The translations under genes were made by a program, and so were the position numbers. Of a DNA stretch of 63,818 nt, positions 10,812 to 23,248 are shown one piece after another. Numbering within the stretch: the first letter of the stretch is position 1; every line of letters begins with the position of its first letter. The notes under the pieces were generated by a model. The model did no database searches. It worked only from the letters and a program-made list of their open reading frames with translations, and was not told the DNA's origin. This DNA is from Chlorokybus atmophyticus (lineage: Eukaryota > Plantae > Mesostigma and Chlorokybus algae): NCBI GenBank assembly GCA_009103225.1, contig RHPI01003156.1, positions 1,395,191 to 1,459,008 on the forward strand, read 5' to 3'.

Positions 10812-11176
10812 TAGTCCGTTTAGCTGGTAGTGTACATAGCTACAAGGCTCTTGTAACTGAGTGTTGTGCATCTTAAACCAGCTCAGTCAATCGTCATTAT
10901 GCTCATGCACATCAATACTTGCATCCCTATGATATACAACAAAACTGCATTCTCACATAATCGAACTACAAGCCTTGGCAAGTGCCTGAGAGACACTGTA
11001 CACATTTCAGGTACATGTACACAGCACAGGCACATAATGCTGAAAGTCAGTGACAATCGCGTGTAGTCAAGCTATGCAAATACATATGACGACAGTTAGG
11101 CATTGGTCACCTTCAGTTGTTAAAGAATGCATTATTTTGTCGATAATTACCTAGTTGGTGCTTGTTAGTTAGGCTT

Positions 11177-11489
11177 AGTCGCCTGCGCTGGTGTGTAACC
11201 TGCAAGTGCCTGTCACATAGGCTGAGTCACCTAAGTAAGACTGATGTGTAACTTACAGGTGCCCATTGATTAGTTGTAGTTACCTAATAAGGCCTGATGT
11301 GTAACTAACAGTTGCCTGTAAATTACACAAAGTCATTTGTTAAGGCCGGGTGTGTGACTAACAGGTGCCTGTTATTTATATAAAGTCACCTGTTAAGGCC
11401 TGACAGGTAACTAACAAGCGCCTGTTAGCTAGGCATAGTCAATTGTTAAAGACTAAATTGTAACAAAAAGGGCCTGATAGTAACGAAAG
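11177..11489. repeat. Degenerate 53-bp tandem repeat (5 full units plus a partial unit)
   Basis: AGT(C/T)A unit starts at 11225, 11278, 11331, 11384 and 11437 (exact 53-bp spacing). Core similar to TAAGGCCTGATGTGTAACTAACAGGTGCCTGT. Confidence 0.9.
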
Positions 11490-11631
11490 TTACTATTAGG
11501 TCCCTGTATCAAGATTACAGGTGGCCTGAGCCACGACAGTCAAAATTAGTGTCCTCAGGTGCATGGCCGTTGCCAATATTTAGTCGGCCGGCAGGATAAA
11601 CATATTGTGACGTGTGCTTGCAGCTTCAAGC

Positions 11632-11687
11632 AACTAAGTAGCAACCTTTTTGTCTACCTAACTAAGTAGCAACCTTCTTGTCTACCT
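11632..11687. repeat. 28-bp tandem duplication
   Basis: AACTAAGTAGCAACCTTYTTGTCTACCT twice, one mismatch. Confidence 0.92.
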
Positions 11688-11768
11688 ATACAGAGCGGAA
11701 AGGACCTCCTTTCCTATCCTCGGCACTGCAAGGGAAAACTTGCACGCACTGCACAAAACACACATAGT

Positions 11769-11807
11769 CAAATTTGCATGTGCCATACTATGGCACATGC
11801 AAATTTG
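11769..11807. repeat. Perfect inverted repeat, 19-bp arms, 1-nt spacer
   Basis: CAAATTTGCATGTGCCATA-C-TATGGCACATGCAAATTTG. Confidence 0.97.
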
Positions 11808-12198
11808 CTTAGTAAGCAAGTGTCGCGCAGTAAGCTAAGTTGCTTGCATGTCCAACCTTGTCATGCAATTGTCAATGGGGTTTACCTGTCAGCGTGCTTC
11901 ACTCGCCGAAGTTGTTGCCAGGGCTCTCATCTGCACGTCAGCCATTGATCAGCAGGCATGCTAGGCTGCCAGAGAAGTGCAGAGCGTGATACATTGGGCG
12001 GACAAGATAGTTTCAGTTTCTAACCTGTTTAATAGTGTGCTGGTGGCCACAAACAGCGAGAGTGATCGCCAAAGCATAGGTTGACGAACTCAATGGCAAC
12101 AAGGTTGCATGGTGAGGACACCATCATGCCTTGTTGCGCTAAAGTAAGAGGCCTGTGGCAGCCAACCAGATGAGTCTCTATGTGGGTATGGACAGAGA

Positions 12199-12199
<1 letters not shown>

Positions 12200-12229
<30 letters not shown>
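12200..12229. repeat. (TG)15 microsatellite
   Basis: Direct reading. Confidence 0.95.
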
Positions 12230-12231
<2 letters not shown>

Positions 12232-15200
12232 TGATCAGCGGCAAGAACACTTCGGTAAAAGGATGGTGAGTGGGTGCACGCGCATGCAGCGTAACAGCAA
12301 GCAAGGTCGAAGCATGTGTTGTGCTTGCGTGTATGTATTCATAAGCCATTGTAGTTACCTATTGCACAGTCAACTGAGGGGCACTAAGAAGCTGAGCATA
12401 GGACACGGTTAACTTCAGCATCACACTACACTTATCAGTTGAAGCGGCTCGGCAACTCGGCCAATCTCTCTTAACTGATTGTGCTTGCGGCGTAGGCTGC
12501 AATGCAAGCGTTAAGTTTCAGTTGCATGCTAGCCTTGCGTGCACGCATATATGCTGCCAATGCATTCATGGTGCATTCATTTGACTGCTAGTTGCTGGCC
12601 ACCAGCAAAATTCTGGCTGTATAATATATTAATAACAAGCGCGCGCGCGCGCACTTTGACGTGCAGAAATGTACAACTCATTAACACCACAACAGCAACA
12701 ACACCGAAATCGACATCAACAGCGACAGCAACAACTAACAACAGCAGCTGCAACATTAGCACCTCCCGCCGTCCCGCAACTCTCCTGCCAGCTCCCAAAT
12801 CGCCGAGTAGCAGTTGTCACCTTCAAAACCACCACCGCTTCTTCTCCTCCGTCAGAACCGCTTGAACAACCACCGCCGCCGCTTCCTCTTCTCCTCCTCC
12901 TGCGCCGCCGCCGATGCCCAAACCCCACCGCCCCTGCAGCAGCCTACCAGCGCAGGCAGAAAATCGCTAGTTTATTGACATCTTTGCTACTACTCGCAAA
13001 TTTGTGATAACGACAGTCATGAATGACATCTGTGATATACAAATAGTAGGGGACATGTAACATTTCTGACTCGACTGGCCTGTAGACACCCAGAGGGTGT
13101 CCGATGCTTATATAAAAAGGTGTCTGGACACCACTGCGACCTCACTATACTATTACGGTCCGTCCCCTCTGCTTCGCCCGAGAGTTGTGGCCATGTGGCG
13201 GCAATGGCGGCACTGGCGACGGCGGCGAGGCGGCGGCGAAGAAGGAGCTGCGGCGTGCTAGCGCTTCGCCTAGCGTGTGCGGCAGTAGCGCCACGTCACC
13301 GTGTGCGGCAGTAGCGCACAGGCTGCGCACAGTTGGACCAGGCTGACCGAGACGCTGAGCAGGCAGCCATAAAGGCCATAGAAGCGGCGGTGCAATTGCC
13401 AGAGCCAGGACATCGCCAGGCAAGTCAGTGCTCGCACACTGCATTGCATATCATGTCCATATTAACAAACACATGCACAAGCACACGCACATGCGTGCAT
13501 GTGTACGCTTGTGTGCACACAAGCGTACACTACTATTCAGTATACACATTCGTTCTCACCTACGCCCGCGCATCGCCATGCACGGGTGCTCGCAAATGCA
13601 CACGCAAATGGTCTAATACACACATATGTGCACGCACACAAATGCACACATTAGCGCGCACACAATGACTGACACACATGCATGCACGCACACCAAGAAA
13701 CACACAACAACACACACGCACACACTGCATTGCACCTCAGGCCTGAACTGACGCACACAATTGCACACAATGCATTACATAAGCCTGTGCACACTTGCAC
13801 TCACCCACAGCCACATCCACACCCGCGCATTGCATTGCACGCGGGCACGAAAGCATACGTTGTGCATTCGTTTTGCAGAGCCTTCAATAACTTACAGCCC
13901 TAACAAGTGATATTTGTGATGCAAATATGGGATGGCCTTAAAATTGAAAATCGTACACAATGTACATGGTCGGATACAATGCATATGATGAAGTGTGGCA
14001 AACATGATTCAGAGTTGGCATGGTTCTTGCAATTGATAACTGTAGTAGAATTTGTTCAAATGAAATAGGTGCAAATGTATGTGAAACTTATCCTCTTAGC
14101 TTTGTCCGCAGCATAAATGTAGCGATATTTGCTTTCACATGCAAGTTCGACGCAGATATAAAAAAGCGAATGAAGTTGTTAAGCTACTCAAGTTTCTTTT
14201 CTCGTCAACCGCTCTCGTCGGCCACGCTGGAGTGGTTACCCAACATCACATATTAAAATCTCAGGATATGTATAAATATTGTTATGGCTCTCATGCAATG
14301 TCATGGGGAGCCACTATCTCGGAGGGAAATGGTGCCGCCCAGTTCATAATTCGACCGATGCAAATTGGCCAGCATTAGCAAGAGCTTACGGCCAATACAA
14401 AGCGATCGCGCAATGATTTAAAGCCAATCGACTGGCAGTCGACCTCTGGAAACGTCGCGATCGAGCGTCAACATGCCGTTGGATTGTCTGAAAAGCACGG
14501 CAGCCAGTCGACGAGCCGCTCGATGCATGTACTCATCTGGCGGCGCGGCGACTCGCGACTTGCGAAAAGCCTTCCTAACAAGCTACAAAGTGGGAGCTAG
14601 TTTTGCGTCACAATCGCTCACCTACAATGCAATGCGCGGGCTCAGCATCACAAACTCGTCGCACAGATCTTGGTTTTGCAGCCCCCTCTTTACCATTTGT
14701 CAGCTTGGCGTGGTTCAATTATGTGCGGATGACTCCACCCTACCAAGTGCTTACTAATTTCAAGGTGGGCAGCTTTGTGAGTTTTTTGAGAGTAGAAGCC
14801 ACACTATGCTGGTAAAGCCAGACCTAATCACTGCCTTCGTTGTCGCCCTGATTGTCGTTTTTAAGGGCATCGCGAGATTAACCTTTACTTCTTCTCCCCT
14901 GCTATGCATTGCACGTATAGTCAAGCGCTGCTTGCAGCTGGTTTCAATCTATCTTGCCTATTATTGCACATTGCTGCATATAGTCACAAGCCCTATAATC
15001 AAGTCGTGCTTGGTAGTTTGAGTGGTTGAATTGTTACTTATATGTTGTGTCTATGAATTTTATAAGCCCTCGATTCTATCATATGCTGTTTATGTCATTT
15101 ATAGTCAAACTTCCCACCTAAAGCAAGCTTCCAAGTGCGTCGTTCCATAGGAGTCCACAGCCACCATCAAGTTCCGAGTCTGCTTGCTTGCCAAAGCGAA

Positions 15201-16190
15201 GGTTATCCCCTTCCAGCATGCCGCGCTGCGCCCATGCAGCCAAGCAAGGAACGCACTGGCACAGGGACGCGTTGCCAATAATTTCTTACGTACAGTGTAA
15301 TATAGGGCGTCAAGGACTCGATGATAAAGTCCTTTGCGGGTTCTAAGTTCAAGTCCTTTGGTTTTTAAGCTCATTATTACCCATCTCGTAACATACAGCA
15401 TGCGCTTTTGTTATTTTGGGCAAGTACACAGCTCCCGCATTACCTCCACAACAACATAGGACGGGCCAGCAGCTATGGGATGGATTAGGATGGGATGGCA
15501 AAACGTGGATGATGTTGCACCGCTTTTGTCGCTTTAAATTCATGCATGCTTTCAATTCTTAAACCAAGGTAGTGAATGTTGCGCAACACTTGAATCATGC
15601 ATGGTTTAGAAATTGCACAACTAACACATGTTCCGTATATGGAGAACCATGTATATGGATTTGTGTACCTACTGTGCGTGTTGGTGTGCACGAGGTAGCG
15701 CATGCACAAGACTGGTCTGTACAGGATATGGGAGCGACCGATAACAACATGCAACCGTGCCACATGCACTGCACGCAAGCAATCCAACGCACCTACATGT
15801 TGCATACACGACCACCGAGCTAACTCTACTCTCTACCCTACCGCTATGTTCACATATGTCTCCCCGCTGTCGTCAGGTGTGCACATGACTTCTGGGTGTC
15901 CATGAGCACATTGTCAGCCATGCAGTACACCTTGTCTGCACTCGTCTCCAGCTGCCATAGAATGACGAACAGCAATATTGCAGCACAGTGAAATAGGTTG
16001 AAGCGCTGTAGATCATGCATTGTGAACTGCACGGCGCCACATGCAGCCTGCATGACAGATGTACTGGCCGCCTCACAAATAATTTTGTGTACCATCAAAT
16101 GCAAACTCAACATGAGCCCGTGCAGTTGCGCATGTTGGGTGTGAGGCGCAGCTGGTAAGCACAATTCATAGCAACAGAGCACAACCTACA

Positions 16191-19100
16191 CTACGCTGGC
16201 AGCGGGCTTCCGGTGTTGACGACATGGTGCAGCGGCACAGCGGGCAGCACGTACCTACGTAGGTCACAGGACACAGATCAGGTCATAATTGATTAAACAA
16301 CAACGAACAACCTCAATGCCACGTGGTGCTTGTTTAAAGGTCACGTTTGCACTCGTGTAATCGTGCAGATGCTTACCGATACACAAGAATGTAATGGAAG
16401 ACTGAGCCAGCCAGCACAAAGCAGTGCCATATGGCATGGAAGCTGGGCTGCCAGCCGTCCAAAGCCTGCGTTTGACAGCAACCGTCACAACAGGGCCCAA
16501 CCACAAACGCCATTGTCTGTTACCAGCACGAGAAACAACACCGAATGATGTCCACAATCCACAACGCGACCTATCGATCAAGCACACCCACCACAAATGG
16601 CACACCGCCCGTGTACGCGAGCCCTCCCAACACCAGCATCAAAGCCCCTTCATGGGAAAGCCTTGCAAACATCGCTCTGATAGCAAACAAGCATGTCCAC
16701 CTGTACAGCAATTGACCCGCATCAGTAGCACAATACAAGCCATTTGTCAAGACGCACTTACAGAGGTTGACACATCAACACGCACTCCTTGTGTGGGCAT
16801 GCATGACTTACCCCATGACAACATAGCTGATGGTCGCAATTGGCATGTAGTAACGATTGTGTTTGAATGTTGTTGCGAGCAGCACACCAAAGGCACCAAT
16901 GGCCCAAACGACAGCAAGCAACATCACGGGCCAGAACCCTTCGTCTTGCAAAAGGATGAGAAGCACGGGCGTGTACGTGCCGGCAATCAAGCCGTATATG
17001 GAACAATGGTCCATCACTCTAAACACCTTCTTCGTGCGCTGGAATGTAAAGAAGCTGCCAGATACCATTTTGTTGGAATCAAACTGCACTTCAGCATGGA
17101 ATACAACGTGTACACACAACACACACACACACACACACGGTCAACAACCACGCCCGTGCGCACGAACGCACATAAGGTACGCCAGATACCTATGATACAA
17201 CATGGATGACGTGTACAGGATGCACAGCGTCGCGCTGTAGATGGCGCAGGACGCTACGTGTCGTGCAGAAAAGTGCGACGCTTTGCGAAGCAGCAACACC
17301 GCGCCAATGATGCTTAGAACTAACCCGACGCCGTGCGATATGCTGTTTGCAATCTCCACTGTTGTGTAGTTGCCTTCACACTGCAATTGAAAACAACTAC
17401 TCGTTTTACCAGCAGCAGACAGACAATGCGATGCATGCTTTCTTGCCAACAAGCCAGGAACGGATTGCTGTAGAGGTATCATCACCCTGACTTACAACAG
17501 CTCACACATCTCAAGTCACAGCATGCTGCATGTTGCGACTTGTCAGATGTGAGCCATTGAACGTAAGTCACGCTGGTGTGTACCTCCACAGAAATCCTTC
17601 TGGCCTGCACGCGGCGTCGACGCAGTTTAAAGCTCACGGGTCGTACAACAGGGCTCGCTTCTTCCGTTTCTGTGGCTTCCGATACGAGGACAGCGGCACG
17701 GATCACACGCACTCCCTTCACACCAAGCTTATTGGCCGACACATCCACCAGTGTCAGGGACCTGATGATGGTAGGGGAATGATTAAGAGGTGTGTTAGAT
17801 ACATGTTGAATACATGCGTAGATTACTGCAATTGTAGCAACATGCATAAGCCAATTGCTGTACAGGTTTAGAAGTAATGGTTGCACCCGTCATGGTGGGG
17901 ATGGTGGGATCATGGTGGGGATCATAATCATCCATACCTGTTCGCTTTAATTCCAGCAGCGAGCATTGTTGCTCCCTCATAGCGCAACACATTGTGTCGC
18001 AGGTTGAGTATGCGAAGGCTGCACGTGTCTTTCGCAAGCAACTGTCACAGCACTCGCCAATAAGACTTGGAGATCTCCCACCCTCACAGAATGACAAACA
18101 CAACATGCCATACCGCTGCAAGGGCACGCACGCCGCTAGCTCCAATCCCAGCACTGGCCAGATTGAGAGCACGCACGCTCGGCCGTAGAGACAGCACGTG
18201 TGCTAAAGGAACAGCGCCACTGTTTCCCACAGGACATCTGTGCAAATCTGCACAGGTAAGGCTGTCAGCAACTTTACAAAAACACCAGTATGTCGTCTCG
18301 TTACACAGCTGAAAGAAACACACAACAACAAGCTTGGCCGTGACAGGTAATGCTGTTTGACAATGAAGCGGTGATCTGCTGGTGTGCATCCTAACAGCGC
18401 ACAGCATGCTTCACACTTGCTACGCAGTTGTGCGGTTGTGAAACTGAGATGCTGATCATCAGTTCTTTTCACGCAACTGATATGACCATGATCGACATAC
18501 TAATGGAGGTGAGGTTGCTGAGGGCGTCCAAGCTTGTGTGTACTGCTTCGCTCAACGCCAGTAAATGTTGGGAGCCAAAGTTACGAGGGTTGGCAGGCCT
18601 GTGAGAGCATGTCAAGCGATCAACTTCAAGCAAGCAGGGCATGCACATGGCCACATGCTTGGTTGAATGCATGCAATCTATATGCCTATGCGAAAGTAAG
18701 CCTGCTTACTTCAGCTCAGGCAGGTTGAAGCGCAGCGCAACAACAGCACCACCATCCGGTTGAACCTGTGTGCAGCACAAGCAGTGACTGCATCAACAAG
18801 TAACCTTGACCTTTTAATGCTGCATATTATGATACTGTCAACGGCCTTGTGGGCACAGAGCAGAGACAGTGTGTGCGTGCTTCAGGAATGCAAGCAGCAT
18901 GGAAATCCCAGCCTCAATTGTGTACCTTCATCCATGTGTGCGTCTATGTGAATAATTGCAAACACAGCACTCCAGCTTACACAATGCACACATACAATAC
19001 GCAGTGCGGGTTAGTTTCCGGAGCGGGAGAAACGAGCTACACAAGTACTAGGCCATGCATGCACGCACCTGAAACTGTGCGCACCATCTAAGGTACGTCT

Positions 19101-19224
19101 CCAGCGGGGTTCGGTCATCCATGGGTGTGCGCGGCGTCCTTGGCGGCGCCTGCAGCGACACCGGCGCCGACAGGGACGTTGTTATGGGCGAAGGCACAGC
19201 AGGCGCTTCGCCCCCTGTCACCAT
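16191..19224 (-). CDS. Multi-exon gene: RI/NLRC3-type leucine-rich repeats fused to a hemolysin-III/PAQR 7TM domain
   Basis: LRR exons (LTSINLHRCPVGNSGAVPLAHVL; LRILNLRHNVLRYEGATMLAAGIKAN; LTLVDVSANKLGVKG) splice in phase to HlyIII exons (EIANSISHGVG; SMLYHS; MDHCSIYGLIAGTYTP; MGW; GGLAYTGG; FHAIWHCFVLAGSVFHY). The model ends PLPA*. Confidence 0.8.
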
Positions 19225-19606
19225 CGCAGCAGCTGATCTTAAACACACCAGACCGTTTCAAACAGCAGCAATCCACATACGGCCCACCGCTCCTCGCGTG
19301 AGAAGCTAGTCACCCTAACCCGAACCGTACTGACTACGACGCCATCTATACACCCGAGGCCGCAACCGCCACGCCACTGCCAGCACACTCAACCATCCTT
19401 CCCGGCCTGGTCTGACTAGGCTACAGTGTAGCCGCTACACCCATGCAGAAGCGAATGCTAGCAGTCTCATAGCCGCTTCTTAAGGCATAGTATGAGCGAC
19501 TTGAAAGCGACACTAGCTCCATACTCAATTGTCGCTTATCACTCAAAGGTTGGGCTTCTGTCATCCAAAGCCGGCGCCGCCATTAGGGGTTGGTCTCTTT
19601 GCAGGC

Positions 19607-19614
19607 AAACCCTA
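19607..19614 (+). promoter_or_regulatory. Telo-box (AAACCCTA), with site II motif TGGGCT at 19551-19556
   Basis: Upstream of RPS29. The telo-box + site II pair is the classic plant ribosomal-protein promoter module. Confidence 0.65.
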
Positions 19615-19702
19615 GCCGCCGCCGGTGCGGGCGCGTGAGGGCGCGGAGCGTCGTCGTTGGCGTCGTCGTCGTTGGCGTCGACTGCTACAGTATCAGGGAA
19701 AG

Positions 19703-20082
19703 ATGGGTCACTCCACAGTGTGGAACAGCCACCCGAAGAACTACGGGCCGGGCTCCCGCAGCTGCCGCGTCTGCGGCAACCCCCACGGGCTCATCCGCAA
19801 GTACGGCATCAACGTGTGCCGACAGTGCTTCCGCATGTACGCCAAGGACATCGGCTTCGTCAAGGTGAGCAGACACTTCAAGGCAGGCAGGGCATTACCC
19901 CTGCTGCTCAGCTCTCCACTGCTGCGCTGAACAAAGCACACACCGCGTTCATACGGTTCAGTGTATTATGCGTTGATCAAGCTCGCCAGTTTTGTTTTGC
20001 TGCATGAATTGAGCTGATCAAGTAGCTTGCTGGTTGGCTTGTGTCGCTGATCGTGCTTGTATTGTGTGTGTAGTACCGCTAA
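19703..20082 (+). CDS. RPS29: 40S ribosomal protein S29 (uS14); exons 19703-19864 and 20074-20082
   Basis: [54 protein letters not shown]|YR*; 56 aa with the zinc-binding Cys residues. Confidence 0.98.
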
Positions 20083-21330
20083 AGTGTGGATCGCAACCAC
20101 CGGGCGTTGAGGAGGATTGTTGCAGCGGAAGAGGCGGTTGAAGCTGGATTTGAGGGCAATAGGTTGTGCCATTGTCACTCTATTGGTTGTGGCCGAGCAA
20201 TTGTCGCACAGAACAGAGCCTATGCCTTAAGTAAAGCTGTCCATGCGTACTGTCGCATCCTTCATTTCGTCTTTCATTGCTGGTGAGGTGTCTGGCGCAA
20301 AGCTGCAGGTGTTTCTGCATACACGCACAGTGTGGTGTGGCTTTGTTTCCGTGTGCGTTGGGTTGTTGCTTTGGTTTGCAATGCCGTCGTGGATTACTAT
20401 GTTAGCTTGGGATGGCAGTGCACCTGAGGCTTGTCTACGTCCCAGTACCCATTTGGATGTGCGCTGCCTACTTCAAAGCATAGTCATTTTTGGTGTACTG
20501 CTGTAAACCTAATGTTGGACCTATTGTGTAAGATGCAACAATGTCGTCTGCTGCCTGTTAAGTCTATTGAGAGGGCTGCCAAGTGTGTCCCGAAATATTG
20601 GCCCGCACGGGAGATGTCCTCAATGTATACAGATGAGGTAGAGCAAAGCCTTGCGCAGGAGAATCAGTGTACAAAGAGGGTATGCTGCATATGCGTGAGG
20701 CTTGTTTATAAACCCTTGTGAGGCTGCCAAAAGCAAGGTAAGCTTATGACTGTGATGTGATACAGCAACACTCCTGGCCCTAGTTGCCTCACCTGTGTGG
20801 TGTACCAAGCACGTGTGCAAGTAGTGGCGAGCTGAAGCAGCAATTAGTCGAAATGATGTCAATGCGCCGCACTGCATTATACAATGTCTTCCACAGAAGA
20901 TGTGGAATGCCGTTAATAGCCAGCACAATGTGTATATTGATCATCACGTTGCACAACACCCTTGTATCATGTCTAAATGTGGTGTGGTATCAGCAAGTAC
21001 ACGCGCACACACAACATGCACACAGTGCAGGCGTTTCTTGCTTGCAGTTGTATTTGCGTAGGTTATCTGGGTTCAAGCACCAATTTTGGCCAAACAAAAA
21101 GGGGCCTCATTACAACAACCATTGAGAGGCCATACTGCGCGCTATCCAGTCCCCTCACAACACACGCATGCTTGAGCCATGCAATCATGGCATGCATCAG
21201 TGACTCCCTCACAGGGAACACATTAGCAGCAAAAGTCACAACACACGCAGCTTGCAAGTATGAGTACGGTGCAATACACAGTGACCACGCTGTTGCAACA
21301 CACAAGTGCGCACGATCGGTGTGAACACAG

Positions 21331-22321
21331 CTAACCCTCCTTCATGGGCGTGACCTCCGCATCTTCATCCGGCTCTTCCACATCCTCCAACTGCTCCACC
21401 ACTTCTACATCTGCCGCAACATCACAAAGTTCAGTAGCACGTTTGCTAATGTCACTGCAATGTAAGTTGGAACAGCATTGGGACAACAAAGAAAGAGATG
21501 GACCCAACGTAAGCGTACCTGGGTCTTTGTTGGTGCCGTGATGCATTATCTGTAAGAGCTGCTGCTCGGCATTGGACACGACCTCCGGCTGCACACGACA
21601 CAGATCATCAACCTTGGACGGTCAAACCCTGCATGCGAGCGATGGGCGAATATGTGCATACCGGGTCCACAGGTCAATCTACATAAAAAGCAGCCAACTC
21701 AACACCATATGCAGTGTTGTGTGTGTGTAGAAAACACCAACAGCCACCAGCCTGGCGGTGATTCATTTGCCTACGCATGCTCATGTGACCAACGATGCAT
21801 GCTACTGTGTGGAACACCGCATCAGTTGTGACGTCACACCACAAACAAGCTCACTCAAACTTGGCCGTAGTGCAAAATTGCAAGCAAGCACCTGACCTCA
21901 CAGAGCCACGCTTGCATGCTGCATTCATACTACTCACCGGAATTCGAGGCTTGGGTCTGAATCGGCGGCGTCGTGCGTCATGCATGGGCGGTGTGATGCC
22001 GTCTCGTGCTTCATTGCCAGCTGGCGGCATCGGCCGGCCGGCAGCGTCGCGTATAACAATGACCTGCCCGATGTCTGCAGACTTGACCAGATGCGTACCA
22101 TCGTAGGTCTTCCATGACTCCACCACTGTAGGAAGGTCCTGCACCGCACCGTCCCAACGCTCCTCGCCAACAGACAGCTCCACCGCCCCGCCTGCATCCT
22201 GACCGAACCGCAACCCCACCTCCGGGACCTCCGCACTACCCTCAGCCTCACCCCTCAGCATTGCTCGCAAACGCTCGCCCAGTGCCGGAGGCACTCTCAG
22301 TACAAACTGCTCGTCCGCCAT
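21331..22321 (-). CDS. TAF7: TFIID subunit 7 (TAFII55 N-terminal domain)
   Basis: EQFVLRVPP...DLPTVVESWKTYD..HLVKSADIGQVI...GITPPMHDARRRRFR; in-phase downstream exons PEVVSNAEQQLLQIM and an acidic tail. Confidence 0.92.
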
Positions 22322-23240
22322 CGCGCTATACACCCTCTGTCAAGACTTCTCACGCGTCTCTTCTCTTTTTGGGACTCATTTGCTCCACCTCATGCTACTG
22401 TACAGTGCTTTACATGCGGGTGAGCGGGTGGTGCTTGTAGAAAGCCTTTGTTCGGTACTCTGCAGCGATTAAAGATGGTGTAAGAGTTGGCACTGTGCTC
22501 GAGTCACTTGGACAACATGCACACCAGCATACTGTGCTAAAACAGCTGATCCTCAGATCTCACAAGCGTCCAGTGTTGTCATATACCACACAGCTTCAAT
22601 GGAAGCGACATGCATGCTGAAACCAGTCATTGGTGGTCAGCACGATCTGGACTACAATCTACCGCATTACCCTACTGCTGGCAGGCAACTGCGAAAAGAA
22701 ATGACAGCGATGTGCTGTGATATTTGCATCAAGAGATGGGTTATTACTTTGAGCCCTTAGCAGCAAGCGATCGACAAGCCAGGGTACAATTAGATTTAAC
22801 TCAAACAATTCACGCTTTCTATAATCACAGCTGCGGCGGTGTAGTCAAAGGGCCAGCTCTTGGCACAAGCAGCGCTCAAATGCATTCCATGCTTGTGAGC
22901 GGTTGTGTGGGTTATGCTGGCAAACTCAGTTCAAGTAAGCCACACTTGTTTGCATGCACGCTTTTGGAAAGCGTGTATACAAGCAAGCGCGTGGAAGCCA
23001 GAACGCAAGCACGCAAACGGAATAACAAGCACAGATAAGTCAGTACTTTGTTTCACTCACCGGCTGAGTCAGGCGTCCCCAGCACTAGCGACTGGGCCTG
23101 GCAATCTTCACCTCACGCTATGTCCCTCTTTTTATCACCCACCACACGAACAAGACCAGCCACCAAGCCCACCTCTCCACCCGCACCGCCTCCGCCTCAG
23201 CTGTTGCTCACAAGCACACAGCATGCATGTCCTCCAGTGG

Positions 23241-23248
23241 TAGGGTTT
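23241..23248 (-). promoter_or_regulatory. Telo-box (TAGGGTTT) in the TAF7/UBE2W divergent region
   Basis: Reverse complement of AAACCCTA beside a GC-rich 5' region. Confidence 0.5.

Larger units (their letters stand above)
1306..11810. mobile_element. Large composite Plavaka-like DNA transposon with chromatin/ubiquitin cargo genes (boundaries approximate)
   Basis: Transposase-type C-terminal domain, three cargo genes, an internal segment duplicated at 1..480, and tandem repeats plus a palindrome at the right end. No housekeeping genes inside. Confidence 0.6.

Noticed and set aside
11769-11830. Helitron 3' end (hairpin followed by CTRR)
   Set aside because: The stem is AT-rich with a 1-nt loop, no CTRR follows at the expected spacing, and there is no Rep/helicase in the window.
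12539-13903. Cluster of Gln/Thr/His-rich ORFs and a TATA-like site at about 13110
   Set aside because: Low-complexity CAA/CAC/GCC sequence with no consistent exon chain or domain; an snRNA promoter element was not seen.
13860-14760. Protein-looking minus-strand frame (…LVRKAFRKSRVAAPPDEYMHRAARRLAAVLF…) in an AT-richer segment, possibly a decayed gene
   Set aside because: About 14 stops in about 300 codons is what random sequence gives, and there is no recognisable motif.
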